IMG/VR virus record: IMGVR_UViG_3300010158_000027 | Coordinates: 62,001-126,000 of that record | Length of the DNA: 64,000 nucleotides | Strand: one strand, 5' to 3' | Part shown: piece after piece, positions 1 to 10,179 of the stretch | Numbering within the stretch: the first letter of the stretch is position 1 | Layout: every line of letters starts with the position of its first letter | The notes under the pieces: generated by a model | The model's input: the letters and a program-made list of their open reading frames with translations, nothing else | Databases searched by the model: none | What the model was told of the DNA's origin: nothing | Position numbers and translations under genes: made by a program

Positions 1-1
1 A

Positions 2-181
2 CTATCAGTTAAGTCTGAAATCGGAAGGCTTAGTGAAAGTAATTCACAATCGGACGCAGCGTTATCCATTATGGAAAACTATGAAGGGGCTAAGTTCATT
101 GGAAAAACGAATAAAGATAATTTAATATTTGTGATTGAAGATAAACAATACAAAGTAACACCAGCAGGAAGAATTTTATGA
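2..181 (+). CDS. 3' end of a hypothetical protein, truncated by the window edge
   Basis: Open frame from nt 2 (LSVKSEIGRLSES...YKVTPAGRIL) to TGA at 179-181, overlapping the next ATG. Confidence 0.7.
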   Translation, partial: LSVKSEIGRLSESNSQSDAALSIMENYEGAKFIGKTNKDNLIFVIEDKQYKVTPAGRIL

Positions 182-597
182 TTTTAGTTTATGTAAACGA
201 GTTAGGACCAAACTATAAAGGCGATAATATATATGAATTTATATTTTCAGATTTAGATGATGTTTGGGGTGAGGATTGGGATTCGGAACCAGCAGCTGGA
301 AAACCGTTACCTCCTGAAATGAATTACATAAAAAAAGTTGGGGTTTTAAAGAACTCAGAAATTGAGTTAAACCTTATACAAAATTCAGATTTTTTTGGGG
401 TTTATGATGCAATTGATGGAGTTATATCGTTGGCGTGGGAAAGATCCGATAGTGATGATATATTAATACATAAAAGAAAACGATTAGTATTTCAATATGG
501 AGATAGTGTTGAAATAGTTGAGAATAAATTATACGAAAGAGATATCGTATTAAAATGGGAAAAAAACTTAGTACAAGATGAAACATATGAATCCTAA
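178..597 (+). CDS. hypothetical phage protein
   Basis: 139-aa ORF coupled to both neighbours; no recognised motif. Confidence 0.7.
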   Translation: MILVYVNELGPNYKGDNIYEFIFSDLDDVWGEDWDSEPAAGKPLPPEMNYIKKVGVLKNSEIELNLIQNSDFFGVYDAIDGVISLAWERSDSDDILIHKRKRLVFQYGDSVEIVENKLYERDIVLKWEKNLVQDETYES

Positions 598-1135
598 ATT
601 ATCAAAACTTCTTCATGAAGGTTTTTCAATTAATACACTTGAGTCGTTAAATGACTCTCAATTGAATGTTTTATACGAAAGAGTTAAAGGTTCAAAAAAA
701 GAAACAAAGGAGGAGGTAACTAAAACTACCACAACGACTTCATATAACCCACAAGAAGTCAAAGGTAAGACATTCTCTAAAACTGATGATGTTAATGTTA
801 CCATAAAACAAGATGGTTCTGTCGACGTAACTAAAGAAGGTGAGGTAACTGAAAAGGCAATATCCAAAAAACAACAAGAATTTTTTGGACTCGTTAGAGG
901 AATGCAAAAAGGAACTACACCAAAAAAAGGTAAAGCTGGTGAAGCGGCAAAAGAAATGAAAAAGAAAGATGTGAAAGATTTCGCATCAACAAAACACAAA
1001 GGGTTACCAACTAAAGTTAAAGAAAAGGATAACGTAAAAAAATTAGAGGAAAGTATTTTACGTTTAATCGAATCACACTTACCTCCCCACACAACTAAAG
1101 GGGAACTTTTAAGTGTGATAAATAAAAAAAAGTGA
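578..1135 (+). CDS. hypothetical protein with DUF3008-like motif
   Basis: KAISKKQQEFFG...EMKKKDVKDFASTKHKGLP resembles the DUF3008-type motif (recognised from memory). Confidence 0.55.
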   Translation: MKHMNPKLSKLLHEGFSINTLESLNDSQLNVLYERVKGSKKETKEEVTKTTTTTSYNPQEVKGKTFSKTDDVNVTIKQDGSVDVTKEGEVTEKAISKKQQEFFGLVRGMQKGTTPKKGKAGEAAKEMKKKDVKDFASTKHKGLPTKVKEKDNVKKLEESILRLIESHLPPHTTKGELLSVINKKK

Positions 1136-1138
1136 TGA

Positions 1139-2917
1139 ATGAGTCTTACAAGGGAGCAAGCATTATTAGAATACGCTAAATGTGTAAAAGATACCCCTTA
1201 CGCACTTAAAACTTATTTACAAACTTACGATAATACCCAATCACAATACGTACCCTTAGAGTTATTTAATGATCAAGTAACGTTAGTTAATGACTATGAT
1301 ACTTGTGAAGAGAATATCGCATTAAAATACAGACAAGCTGGAGTATCAACCGTAACGTCAGCATGGGCATCCAAAAGATTGGTATTCGCCAGTAAAAAGA
1401 AACCTGAAAAAATTCTAATCATTGCAAACAAAATGGATACCGCCCAAGAGATGGGAAATAAGGTTCGAGCGTTTGTTGATCAATGGCCAAAATGGTTGGG
1501 TGTTGGTTTTTCTGTAGAAAAAAACTCCCAGAGACATTTTAAACTAACTAACGGTTGTGAAGTAAAGGCGGTTGCAACATCTAAAGATGCTTTACGTGGA
1601 TATACCCCAACGATATTAATATTCGATGAGGCGGCATATATCAATGCCGATGAGGACTTTTGGTCAGCATGTATGGCTTCCCTATCTACAGGGGGTAAAG
1701 TTATCGTAATATCAACACCAAATGGATTTGATCCAATTTACTATTCAATTTATAGTCAAGCGGTAAAAGGAATGAACGACTTTAAGATTACAGAAATGTA
1801 TTGGTTTAGAGATCCGAGATATTCTAAAGATTTAAAACTAATTAAATGTAATGATATTATTCATTACATGCTAAATAGAGGTGATTACGTCGATTCTGAC
1901 ATTACATTAGATTATAGTAACATTAAAGTTAGTGATCGTGATTTTAAAGAAATAAAAAATAGAGTAGAAAACGAAGGATACAAAGCCTATAGTTCGTGGT
2001 TTGAGTCTATGGCTAAAAAGTTAAAATTCGATAAAAGAAAAATATCACAAGAGTTAGAGTGTAACTTTTTAGGATCTGGGGATAGTGTTATCCCTTCTGA
2101 AACTATGAAAAAAATAAAGGAAACTCACATTAAAGAACCTATAAACAAACATATGGGTGGGGCTCTTTGGCAATGGAAAGAACCGGTGGCTGGTCACAGA
2201 TATATTTTAGGGGCTGACGTTTCTCGTGGTGATAGTGAGGATTTTAGTACCTTATGTATTATTGATTTTGACGCTAGGGAACAGGTATTAGAATATATCG
2301 GTAAAATACCCCCCGATGTGTTGGCTGAAATTGCTTTTAAATGGGGAACTATGTATGGGGCTTTTATTGTTACAGATATCACTGGAGGTATGGGTGTTTC
2401 CACTTCAAGAAAACTACAAGAATTAGGATATAAGAATTTATACGTTGATGGGGTTAACCCTGCAGATAAATGGAAATGGGATCCAAAAAACCAAGATAAG
2501 ATTCCAGGAATTAACTTTAACTCAAAACGAGTTCTAATCGTTCAAGCATTAGAGGAGGCATTAAGATTTGATTTCTCCATGAGGTCCCAAAGATTATTTA
2601 ATGAACTAAATACTTTTGTGTATGTGAACGGTAGACCCGATCACCAAAAAGGGCAACACGATGATTTAATTATGGCAATAGCCATGGCAATATATGTCGG
2701 TGAAACCTCATTTGCACAATTAGAAAAAGCAACAGAACAAACAAAGACACTATTGGACTCTTGGACTACAGATAGTAATACGTTTGCTGACTCCCATCAA
2801 AATTTTAACCCCGGAATACCTGTTGATCCGTACGGTAGTTATGGACAACAAAGGAACGCCATAACTAAAAGCGACTATGAGCAGTATTTATGGTTATTCG
2901 GAAATAAAAGAGTTTAA
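1139..2917 (+). CDS. gp17: terminase large subunit, T4 gp17-like
   Basis: Walker A-like KYRQAGVST, Walker B ILIFDEAA, ISTPNG coupling motif, nuclease GADVSRG and HDDLIMA. Confidence 0.95.
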   Translation: MSLTREQALLEYAKCVKDTPYALKTYLQTYDNTQSQYVPLELFNDQVTLVNDYDTCEENIALKYRQAGVSTVTSAWASKRLVFASKKKPEKILIIANKMDTAQEMGNKVRAFVDQWPKWLGVGFSVEKNSQRHFKLTNGCEVKAVATSKDALRGYTPTILIFDEAAYINADEDFWSACMASLSTGGKVIVISTPNGFDPIYYSIYSQAVKGMNDFKITEMYWFRDPRYSKDLKLIKCNDIIHYMLNRGDYVDSDITLDYSNIKVSDRDFKEIKNRVENEGYKAYSSWFESMAKKLKFDKRKISQELECNFLGSGDSVIPSETMKKIKETHIKEPINKHMGGALWQWKEPVAGHRYILGADVSRGDSEDFSTLCIIDFDAREQVLEYIGKIPPDVLAEIAFKWGTMYGAFIVTDITGGMGVSTSRKLQELGYKNLYVDGVNPADKWKWDPKNQDKIPGINFNSKRVLIVQALEEALRFDFSMRSQRLFNELNTFVYVNGRPDHQKGQHDDLIMAIAMAIYVGETSFAQLEKATEQTKTLLDSWTTDSNTFADSHQNFNPGIPVDPYGSYGQQRNAITKSDYEQYLWLFGNKRV

Positions 2918-2956
2918 TTTTATTATTTCCGCACTACTTTTAAAATAAAAACAATT

Positions 2957-5734
2957 ATGGCACAAGAGAAATTTACGGTTTGGCAAAGGTTAGGTAGAGT
3001 GTTTGGACCGAACGCAACTTTAGATCAACAATCACCCGTATTTAAATTTGATAAGAAAGAACTTTTAAAAACGACAGATAAGCAGGAATACGAGACTGAA
3101 AAACTGCAAGCTCAGCAAACCATGTATATCGGCAAGCAATGGCAAAAAGTCGAAAGCAATCTATACCAACAGGCGGTTTATTATGAACCAACACGGATGG
3201 CATCATATTATGATTACGAAAGTATGGAATATTGCATTGCAGGAGAAACTAAAATAGCGACTCCGAATGGTTTTATTACCATAAAAGAGTTGGCCGATAA
3301 GGGTAGGGATTATGAATTCATAACTTATGCTTATGATCATAATGAAAAAAAGGTGGTACCAGCAATGGCAAGAAATGCTCATTATACCCGTGATGAGATG
3401 ACATATAAAATTACTTTTGATGATGGGACTCACATTATTACGACTTGGGAACATCAATTAATGAAACGAGACGGTTCGTTTGAACGTGTTATGAATCTTA
3501 AATCAGGCGATTCTATGATGCCGTTTTATAGAAAATCATTTTATAATAATGAAAAATATAATTGGGTATACACATGTAATTCAAATGAAGGACATAATGG
3601 GTGGATTTCTGAACATAATATTATTGCTGAATGGTTTTATGATAAAAAAATAAATAAAGACGAAGAAGTTCATCACATAGATTTTAATGGTAAAAATAAT
3701 TTACCTGAAAATTTACAAATAATGAACATTTCTGAACATCGTTCTTACCACGCAAAACTCAATAATGAGAAATTGTGGTCAAACCCTGAATTTAGAGCAA
3801 AAATGTCAGAAGTTGCAAAAAGAAAAGGTAAGATGTCTTGGGGTGGTAAAAGGAGTGGCATTAATAATCCCGCTTATATTAAATTACCATTTGATAATAT
3901 TATTGAAAACGCTAGAAAATTTAAAGCATTAAAGAAAACTGCGGATTCATTAAATGTTTCTTACCGTAAATTACAACGAGAAATTATTAATTCAGGGTAT
4001 AAAGATTGGTCAACATTTTTGGATGCTTATGGGATTAAAAAATCACCCTATTCAACGGCAACAGCTAAAGGGGATAAAATAGTTGTTAACCATAAAATAG
4101 TTTCAATAGAACCTCATGGTGTGATACCTGTTTATGATTTAACAGTCCCTGGTTATAAAAACTTTGCAACAGATACCATATTCTCACATAATACTCCTGA
4201 AATTTCGGCAGCATTAGATATATATGCTGAAGAATCCACAACTCCCGACCAAGACGGACACATCATTAAAATTTATTCAGAATCAAAAAGAATAAAACAA
4301 GTCTTAACGGATTTATTTGTTTCCAAACTTGATATAAATACGAACTTACCCATGTGGACAAGAAACACATGTAAATTTGGTGATAATTTTATTTATTTAA
4401 AGTTAGACACTGAAAAAGGTGTGGTTGGTTGTCAACAATTACCAAATATCCAAATAGAGAGACTAGAGAGGGGTATGAGATTCCAACCCGATAAGTATTC
4501 TCAGGAAATGGAGAACGACGCATTAAAATTCGTTTGGAAAGAGAAGAACATGGAATTCAATACTTGGGAGGTTGGACACTTTAGATTATTGGGTGACGAT
4601 AGAAAATTACCATATGGTACATCTATGTTAGAAAAGGCAAGACGTATTTGGAAACAATTATTACTTTGTGAAGATGCGATGTTAATATATAGAGTTTCTA
4701 GAGCTCCCGAAAGACGGGTGTTTAAAGTATTCGTGGGTAACATGGACGATAAAGATGTTGATGCTTACGTACAAAGAGTTGCAAATAAATTTAAAAGAGA
4801 TCAGGTTGTTGATAATAAAACGGGTAATGTCGATATGAGATATAATCAATTGGCGGTTGATCAAGATTTCTTTATCCCTGTTCGTGATCCAGCAGCAACA
4901 AACCCTATCGAGACATTACCTGGAGCACAAAACTTAGCTGAAATTGCGGATATTGAATACATACAGAAAAAACTTGTAACCGCTCTAAGAATACCTAAAG
5001 CTTATTTAGGGTTTGAAGAGGCTATCGGAGGTGGTAATAATTTATCATTACTTGATATCCGTTTTGCTAGAACAATCAATAAAATTCAAAAATCAATGTT
5101 AGCTGAATTAAATAAAATAGCAATCATTCATTTATTTTTATTGGGGTTTGAGGATGAATTAACGAATTTTAGTTTAGGACTTAACAATCCATCTAAACAA
5201 GGTGAACTATTATCACTTGAGGTATGGAAAGAAAAGATATTACTTTACAAGGATGCGGTTGCTGAGATACCTAATTCAGTTGGCGCCGTATCAGCATCTT
5301 GGGGTAAGAAACATATTTTAGGTTTCTCTGATGAGGAGATTAAACTTGATATACAACAACAACGAATTGAAAGGGCGGTATCTGCAGAATTAACTAAAAC
5401 TGCTGAGGTAATAACTAAAACGGGGTTATTCGATAATATAGATAAACTTTATGGTACTAAGGTTGCTGCACCAGCACCCGAAGGTGCACCATCAGAAGAT
5501 GGGGGGGAACCATCCGAAATGGGAGGATTAACACCACCACCATCATCTGGACCTGAAGAACCGGCCCCACCACCTGAAATGGGGGGATTGACACCTGAAA
5601 GATTAGTGAGAAATGATTTAAATATGCTCTTAGAGGAAACATTAATAAACGGATCAGACTACATGGATTTATCTAAAGGTAGAGTTTCTTTAGGGTTAAT
5701 CGATGAAAAATTGAGACAAATGCTAGATAAGTAA
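2957..5734 (+). CDS. gp20: portal protein, T4 gp20-like, containing an intein
   Basis: PEISAALDIYAEE, PYGTSMLEKARRIWKQL, YRVSRAPERRVF, DFFIPVR and ALRIPKAYL are gp20-family motifs; follows terminase. Confidence 0.95.
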   Translation: MAQEKFTVWQRLGRVFGPNATLDQQSPVFKFDKKELLKTTDKQEYETEKLQAQQTMYIGKQWQKVESNLYQQAVYYEPTRMASYYDYESMEYCIAGETKIATPNGFITIKELADKGRDYEFITYAYDHNEKKVVPAMARNAHYTRDEMTYKITFDDGTHIITTWEHQLMKRDGSFERVMNLKSGDSMMPFYRKSFYNNEKYNWVYTCNSNEGHNGWISEHNIIAEWFYDKKINKDEEVHHIDFNGKNNLPENLQIMNISEHRSYHAKLNNEKLWSNPEFRAKMSEVAKRKGKMSWGGKRSGINNPAYIKLPFDNIIENARKFKALKKTADSLNVSYRKLQREIINSGYKDWSTFLDAYGIKKSPYSTATAKGDKIVVNHKIVSIEPHGVIPVYDLTVPGYKNFATDTIFSHNTPEISAALDIYAEESTTPDQDGHIIKIYSESKRIKQVLTDLFVSKLDINTNLPMWTRNTCKFGDNFIYLKLDTEKGVVGCQQLPNIQIERLERGMRFQPDKYSQEMENDALKFVWKEKNMEFNTWEVGHFRLLGDDRKLPYGTSMLEKARRIWKQLLLCEDAMLIYRVSRAPERRVFKVFVGNMDDKDVDAYVQRVANKFKRDQVVDNKTGNVDMRYNQLAVDQDFFIPVRDPAATNPIETLPGAQNLAEIADIEYIQKKLVTALRIPKAYLGFEEAIGGGNNLSLLDIRFARTINKIQKSMLAELNKIAIIHLFLLGFEDELTNFSLGLNNPSKQGELLSLEVWKEKILLYKDAVAEIPNSVGAVSASWGKKHILGFSDEEIKLDIQQQRIERAVSAELTKTAEVITKTGLFDNIDKLYGTKVAAPAPEGAPSEDGGEPSEMGGLTPPPSSGPEEPAPPPEMGGLTPERLVRNDLNMLLEETLINGSDYMDLSKGRVSLGLIDEKLRQMLDK
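3233..4192 (+). mobile_element. intein (320 aa) with HNH homing endonuclease, inserted in portal
   Basis: Starts CIAGETKIATPNG (block A), ends VYDLTVPGYKNFATDTIFSHN (blocks F/G) followed by Thr+1; internal EVHHIDFNGKNNLPENL HNH motif; excision restores SMEY-TPEISAALD. Confidence 0.93.
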
Positions 5735-5753
5735 TATTTATATATAAAACATT

Positions 5754-6482
5754 ATGAATACATTTGGTACAATTAAAACGAAAATAGAAAACGTAGCTGT
5801 AGAATTAGCGAAAGACAAATCCTTTAAAAGATTTATTTTTGAATTTAATGGATTGGTTTTAAACAATAAAGACATATCTGAGTTGTATTATATCTATGAT
5901 GATTTATCTTCAAATAGAGGTGTACCTGCGGATTTGGCTAATGATTATATAAACGAATCTATCGAGTATTCACAAATACTATTAGAGAGCCAAACAAAAA
6001 ACATTCGTAATTTAAATACTTGGATTAATGCTTGGGATAAATCTACGGATAACAATTACTCTAACATCGATAACGTAATTTACAATACTGGAATAAGAAA
6101 TTTAGAGTCTATTTTAGAATCTAAAAAATTAATTAAAAATACGTTAATTAAAGAGTCCACAAAACAAATAAAAGAGAGTAGTTTCCTACCTTTATCCTCA
6201 ATGGTGAAGATAGGGAATGATTCACTCAATAAAGAATTCTCAAACATAAGTGAATCGGATAAAAAGGAATTAAATTCAATACTATCTTTAAGTAGTGATG
6301 AGGTTAAAACTGAAATGAACTCACTTAAGGAATCAGTTATTAATAACCTAAAAACCAACTTAAATGAGTCCAAAGATGATTCATTGAACGATTCTATTGG
6401 TGATACAATTAAAAAAATTAACGATTCTAAAGTTGATCATTATAACCTATATAAATTAAGAAAATTATACAATGGGTTATGA
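5754..6482 (+). CDS. hypothetical protein, head cluster
   Basis: 242-aa helical ORF preceded by TATTTATA. Confidence 0.75.
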   Translation: MNTFGTIKTKIENVAVELAKDKSFKRFIFEFNGLVLNNKDISELYYIYDDLSSNRGVPADLANDYINESIEYSQILLESQTKNIRNLNTWINAWDKSTDNNYSNIDNVIYNTGIRNLESILESKKLIKNTLIKESTKQIKESSFLPLSSMVKIGNDSLNKEFSNISESDKKELNSILSLSSDEVKTEMNSLKESVINNLKTNLNESKDDSLNDSIGDTIKKINDSKVDHYNLYKLRKLYNGL

Positions 6483-6796
6483 GTGGGAAAAAGTACTTTT
6501 TTGGTTGGTCTAATATAAAAAAGGGGATAACTGAAATAATAAAAATCTATTCATTTAAATCGTCGTTTTTTTCCAAAAAGAGAATTGAGTCTGGAATTGC
6601 CTTTATGGTTGCCCAATGGGGAATGATATTTTTTTTAATTCATAAATACCCTGATTTAGGAATGACTGATATAGTTATGTGGGCATCAGTGGAATTCGCA
6701 ATCTCTGGGTATATCCTACATCAGATACAAAAAGAAAAAATCGTAGACGACACTAAGGACGATAGTAAGGACGAGAACCAGGAACCTACCGTATAA
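6479..6796 (+). CDS. small membrane protein, possibly holin-like
   Basis: Two hydrophobic segments and a highly charged C-terminal tail. Confidence 0.45.
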   Translation: MSGKKYFFGWSNIKKGITEIIKIYSFKSSFFSKKRIESGIAFMVAQWGMIFFLIHKYPDLGMTDIVMWASVEFAISGYILHQIQKEKIVDDTKDDSKDENQEPTV

Positions 6797-7001
6797 GATT
6801 TCTTTTAGTTTTAATATTTTTATATCTTTTATTACTTTTTACTTTTTTTCTACTACTTCTAATCTTTTGTTGGGTTGATCTACTTTTTTTATCGTACTTA
6901 ATCATTGTTTTATTTTGTTCGATTATATTTTGTTCGTGAACCGAATAAGTTTTACAAGAAGATAACAGCAAAACTATGATTAATATTTTAAACGTACTCA
7001 T
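6786..7001 (-). CDS. small putative lipoprotein
   Basis: From ATG 7001: MSTFKILIIVLLLSSC is a lipobox-like signal followed by a basic tail; the ORF-track start at 7058 is probably too far upstream. Confidence 0.5.
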   Translation of the reverse strand: MSTFKILIIVLLLSSCKTYSVHEQNIIEQNKTMIKYDKKSRSTQQKIRSSRKKVKSNKRYKNIKTKRNLIR

Positions 7002-7050
7002 TTTAATTTTTAATTCCTTTTTATTATAAATATAAGTTATTTTTTTAAAT

Positions 7051-7083
7051 TTTGACAAGTAGGTAAAGTTTTTTTATATTTAA
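7051..7083 (+). promoter_or_regulatory. host-sigma-type promoter
   Basis: TTTGACAAGT...TATATTTAA; TTGACA-17-TATATT, also readable as TTTG-N20-TAnnTTT; same ends as the site at 59516. Confidence 0.6.
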
Positions 7084-7112
7084 ATAAACAATAAATTTTT
7101 AAGTTATGAAAA

Positions 7113-7562
7113 ATGAAAAAAGGGAAAACATCAAAATTAAACATTTTTGATGATGCTAAGTGCCATTATGGTACTGTGGACTCAAAAGAATTGAAATCAA
7201 TATATTTGGTACTACAAACATGGATTGAACCCATAGATGATTTTGAGAGGTGGGATAGAATAGTTGGTGAAATCAAAAGACAAATGTTACACACACTTTT
7301 AGAGGTTGTGGATAAAACCACATTCGAGAGAAAGCAAATTGTGGATTTAGATTTAAGGACAAGTGGGGTACAGAAGAATAAAAAAAGTTTTTTAAATTTA
7401 GAAATAACCTTATTTGTAAACGATAAATCCACCGACTTCAAATCCCCCCTATTACGAGGAAAAATTAAAAATATTTTACAATCAATTTACAGATATGATT
7501 TAAAAAACTCAAAGTATTTTATATTAAGTAAGACAAAATTGAAAGAAACGGTAACTATATAA
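7113..7562 (+). CDS. hypothetical protein
   Basis: 149-aa ORF downstream of the promoter-like site. Confidence 0.75.
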   Translation: MKKGKTSKLNIFDDAKCHYGTVDSKELKSIYLVLQTWIEPIDDFERWDRIVGEIKRQMLHTLLEVVDKTTFERKQIVDLDLRTSGVQKNKKSFLNLEITLFVNDKSTDFKSPLLRGKIKNILQSIYRYDLKNSKYFILSKTKLKETVTI

Positions 7563-7582
7563 TATTTATTATTAAAAGAATT

Positions 7583-8293
7583 ATGAAAATATTAGGTCCG
7601 AACGATTTAGGTAAAGGTATTCTAGTTGAGTGGGATGCTGGAATTATTAGTCCAACAGAACATAGAAACAGCCAAGTTATAAAGGAATCTTATGGTGAAT
7701 TAGATCATTCTAAACCGTTTATATTCTACGCCACTTTACAAAAATACGGTGTACCAAATAGAAACGGAAGGGTTTATCCTGAAAAGATATTAAAAAGAGA
7801 AGCTGAAAGATATAAAGAAATGATAAATCGTGGGATGTCCATTTCTGAACTTAACCACCCCGAATCATCACTTATAGATTTAGATAGAGTTGCTCATTTA
7901 ATCACTGAAGTATGGTGGGAAGATAATGTATTGATGGGTAAGATAAAACTATTAACTACTCCGGGTTTCCATGAAAGAGGTATTGTTTCTTCTAAAGGTG
8001 ATATCGCAGCGAACATGATGAGACAGGGTGTAACTATGGGTGTTTCTTCTCGTGGCGTTGGTTCATTGGTGAAAAAAGGTGAACAAAATGAAGTTCAAGA
8101 TGATTTCGAATTGATTTGTTTTGATTTAGTTTCATCACCATCTACCCCTGGGGCGTATCTATATGTTAATAAAGATGATAGATCGAAGTATGAAGAAAAA
8201 CTTACAGAACACGAAAATATTGACAAAACACCTAATCCTTTAAATAAATCTGTTGACTTAATGAGAAGATTATCCGATTATTTGGATAAATAA
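7583..8293 (+). CDS. gp21: prohead core protease, T4 gp21-like
   Basis: NRNGRVYP, ELNHP (catalytic His), GVSSRGVGS (catalytic Ser), FDLVSSPSTPGAY. Confidence 0.95.
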   Translation: MKILGPNDLGKGILVEWDAGIISPTEHRNSQVIKESYGELDHSKPFIFYATLQKYGVPNRNGRVYPEKILKREAERYKEMINRGMSISELNHPESSLIDLDRVAHLITEVWWEDNVLMGKIKLLTTPGFHERGIVSSKGDIAANMMRQGVTMGVSSRGVGSLVKKGEQNEVQDDFELICFDLVSSPSTPGAYLYVNKDDRSKYEEKLTEHENIDKTPNPLNKSVDLMRRLSDYLDK

Positions 8294-8305
8294 AAAATTT
8301 AAGAC

Positions 8306-8515
8306 ATGGATGAAAAGTATTTTGTAGCGAGAGTAACTACCGATATCGTAGATGAGACTACTGGAAAGGTAAAAAAAATTAGAGAAGAAAAATTAGTTAA
8401 AGCCTTCTCACCAACTGACGTCGAAGCTAAAGTGACGAAAGTTTATGAAACGTACACAATGGATTGGAGAATCACCGCAATTGTCGAAAGTAAGATAGAT
8501 GAAGTGATTGAATAA
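8306..8515 (+). CDS. small hypothetical protein
   Basis: 69-aa ORF with genome-typical codons, followed by a terminator. Confidence 0.75.
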   Translation: MDEKYFVARVTTDIVDETTGKVKKIREEKLVKAFSPTDVEAKVTKVYETYTMDWRITAIVESKIDEVIE

Positions 8516-8537
8516 TCTAAATTTTAACTAAAAAACT

Positions 8538-8569
8538 AAAAAGAATACCATACGGTATTCTTTTTTTTT
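8538..8569 (+). terminator. intrinsic terminator
   Basis: AAAAAGAATACC-ATAC-GGTATTCTTTTT stem-loop followed by a T run. Confidence 0.8.
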
Positions 8570-8665
8570 GTCCTAACAGTATTAAAAATAAACTTTTTTT
8601 AGGCTTTTTTATAACATCAACATATTTATTTAAGAAATAAACGATAAACGTATTAATTTTTATTA

Positions 8666-10153
8666 ATGTATACTGAAAATAACAAGTCAATAGTGGAGAC
8701 AGCTTTACTGCAAATTAAGGCAGTTGAGGACGCTATTAGTGAAAACGCAAAAGGAATACTTGCTTCAACGATGAAGGAAGAAATCAGTGAATTAGTTAGA
8801 GAATCACTAGTTGGTTCTAAAAAAACAAAATTACGTGAACAAGAAGAACAAGACCCTAATTTAGAGGTGGATGTAGAAGATGACGTTGACGTAGAAGACC
8901 CTGAAATGTCGGATGAGGAGGAACCTGAAACGGAACCTGAAGATCTAGAAACGGAACCTGAAGATGGTATGCCGTCTTTTGGTGATTTTAACTTATCAGA
9001 TGAAGGTGATAATCAAGAAATGCCTCCGTTAGATATGACTCAAGCACCAATTGGCGATGTACTTAAAGTATTTAGAGCAATGGGTGATGAAGACGGTATT
9101 ATTGTTGCTAAAGATAATGATGACATTTATCTTAAAGATGGTGACCATGAATACATTATTAGAACGGGAGCTGAAGAAACAAATACTCAAGAAATGATGG
9201 GAGACCAAATGAAAGAGGACGTTTTATATGAATTAGTTTTGGAAGACGAAGATGAAGATGGTGAGACTTTCGAATCCTATTTAGATGAAGAAGAAGAAAC
9301 TTATGAAAATGATTACGAAGAATTTAGAGAGTCGGCTAAAGTCGATGAACCTATGTTCGAAGATGAAGATGAAGATGAAACTGTTTACGAATTAGACGTT
9401 AACGAGATTGAATCTGTTATGGAAACTTTTAAAGCTAAAGGTATCGGAATGGGTAAAGCTGGAAACGGAATGAGTAAAGCTTCAGTAAACCTTAAAGGGT
9501 TTAAAGAAGATAAAAAATCAGGAGGTAGAGGAATCACAGGTAAAGGACCAAACTTCAAGTACCCTTCAATCAAACACGGAGTTACCGAAACAGACATGGA
9601 TGATGAGGAATTCAATGAGTGGGAAGAGGAAAGTAATGAGGGTATCGTGGATACTGAAACGACTGAATCGTCAAGAACCTTAGGTAAAGGAAGGTCTCAC
9701 GGACGTAATGGGTTACCTAAACCAAGAACATATTCATCACATGTAAGAAAAGAGTCAGTTGAGACAGAAATGAATCAGTTAAGAGAAAAAAATGATGAAT
9801 ATAAAAAAGCATTAGACTTCTTTAGAACAAAATTAAATGAGGTGGCGGTTTTCAATTCTAACTTAGCTTACTCAACAAGATTGTTTACTGAGCATTCTAC
9901 AACAAAACAAGAGAAAATAAATATACTTAGAAGATTCGATACTGTTGAATCTATTAAGGAATCTAAAAATCTTTACCAATCAATCAAAAAAGACTTAGAC
10001 GGAAAAGGTACAAGTGAAGTGGTTACTGAATCTATTCAGAATAAAGTAACTAGAACACCTCAAACCGGATCATCATCTAATTTGATTGAAAGTAAAACGT
10101 ACGAGAATCCTCAATTCATGAGAATGAAGGATTTAATGACAAAAATAAAATAA
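8666..10153 (+). CDS. gp22: prohead scaffold, T4 gp22-like
   Basis: Lies between protease and MCP; extremely acidic; C-terminal coiled coil KLNEVAVFNSNLAY...ESIKESKNLY. Confidence 0.8.
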   Translation: MYTENNKSIVETALLQIKAVEDAISENAKGILASTMKEEISELVRESLVGSKKTKLREQEEQDPNLEVDVEDDVDVEDPEMSDEEEPETEPEDLETEPEDGMPSFGDFNLSDEGDNQEMPPLDMTQAPIGDVLKVFRAMGDEDGIIVAKDNDDIYLKDGDHEYIIRTGAEETNTQEMMGDQMKEDVLYELVLEDEDEDGETFESYLDEEEETYENDYEEFRESAKVDEPMFEDEDEDETVYELDVNEIESVMETFKAKGIGMGKAGNGMSKASVNLKGFKEDKKSGGRGITGKGPNFKYPSIKHGVTETDMDDEEFNEWEEESNEGIVDTETTESSRTLGKGRSHGRNGLPKPRTYSSHVRKESVETEMNQLREKNDEYKKALDFFRTKLNEVAVFNSNLAYSTRLFTEHSTTKQEKINILRRFDTVESIKESKNLYQSIKKDLDGKGTSEVVTESIQNKVTRTPQTGSSSNLIESKTYENPQFMRMKDLMTKIK

Positions 10154-10179
10154 AATAAACTCAATTAAAAAATAAAAAA

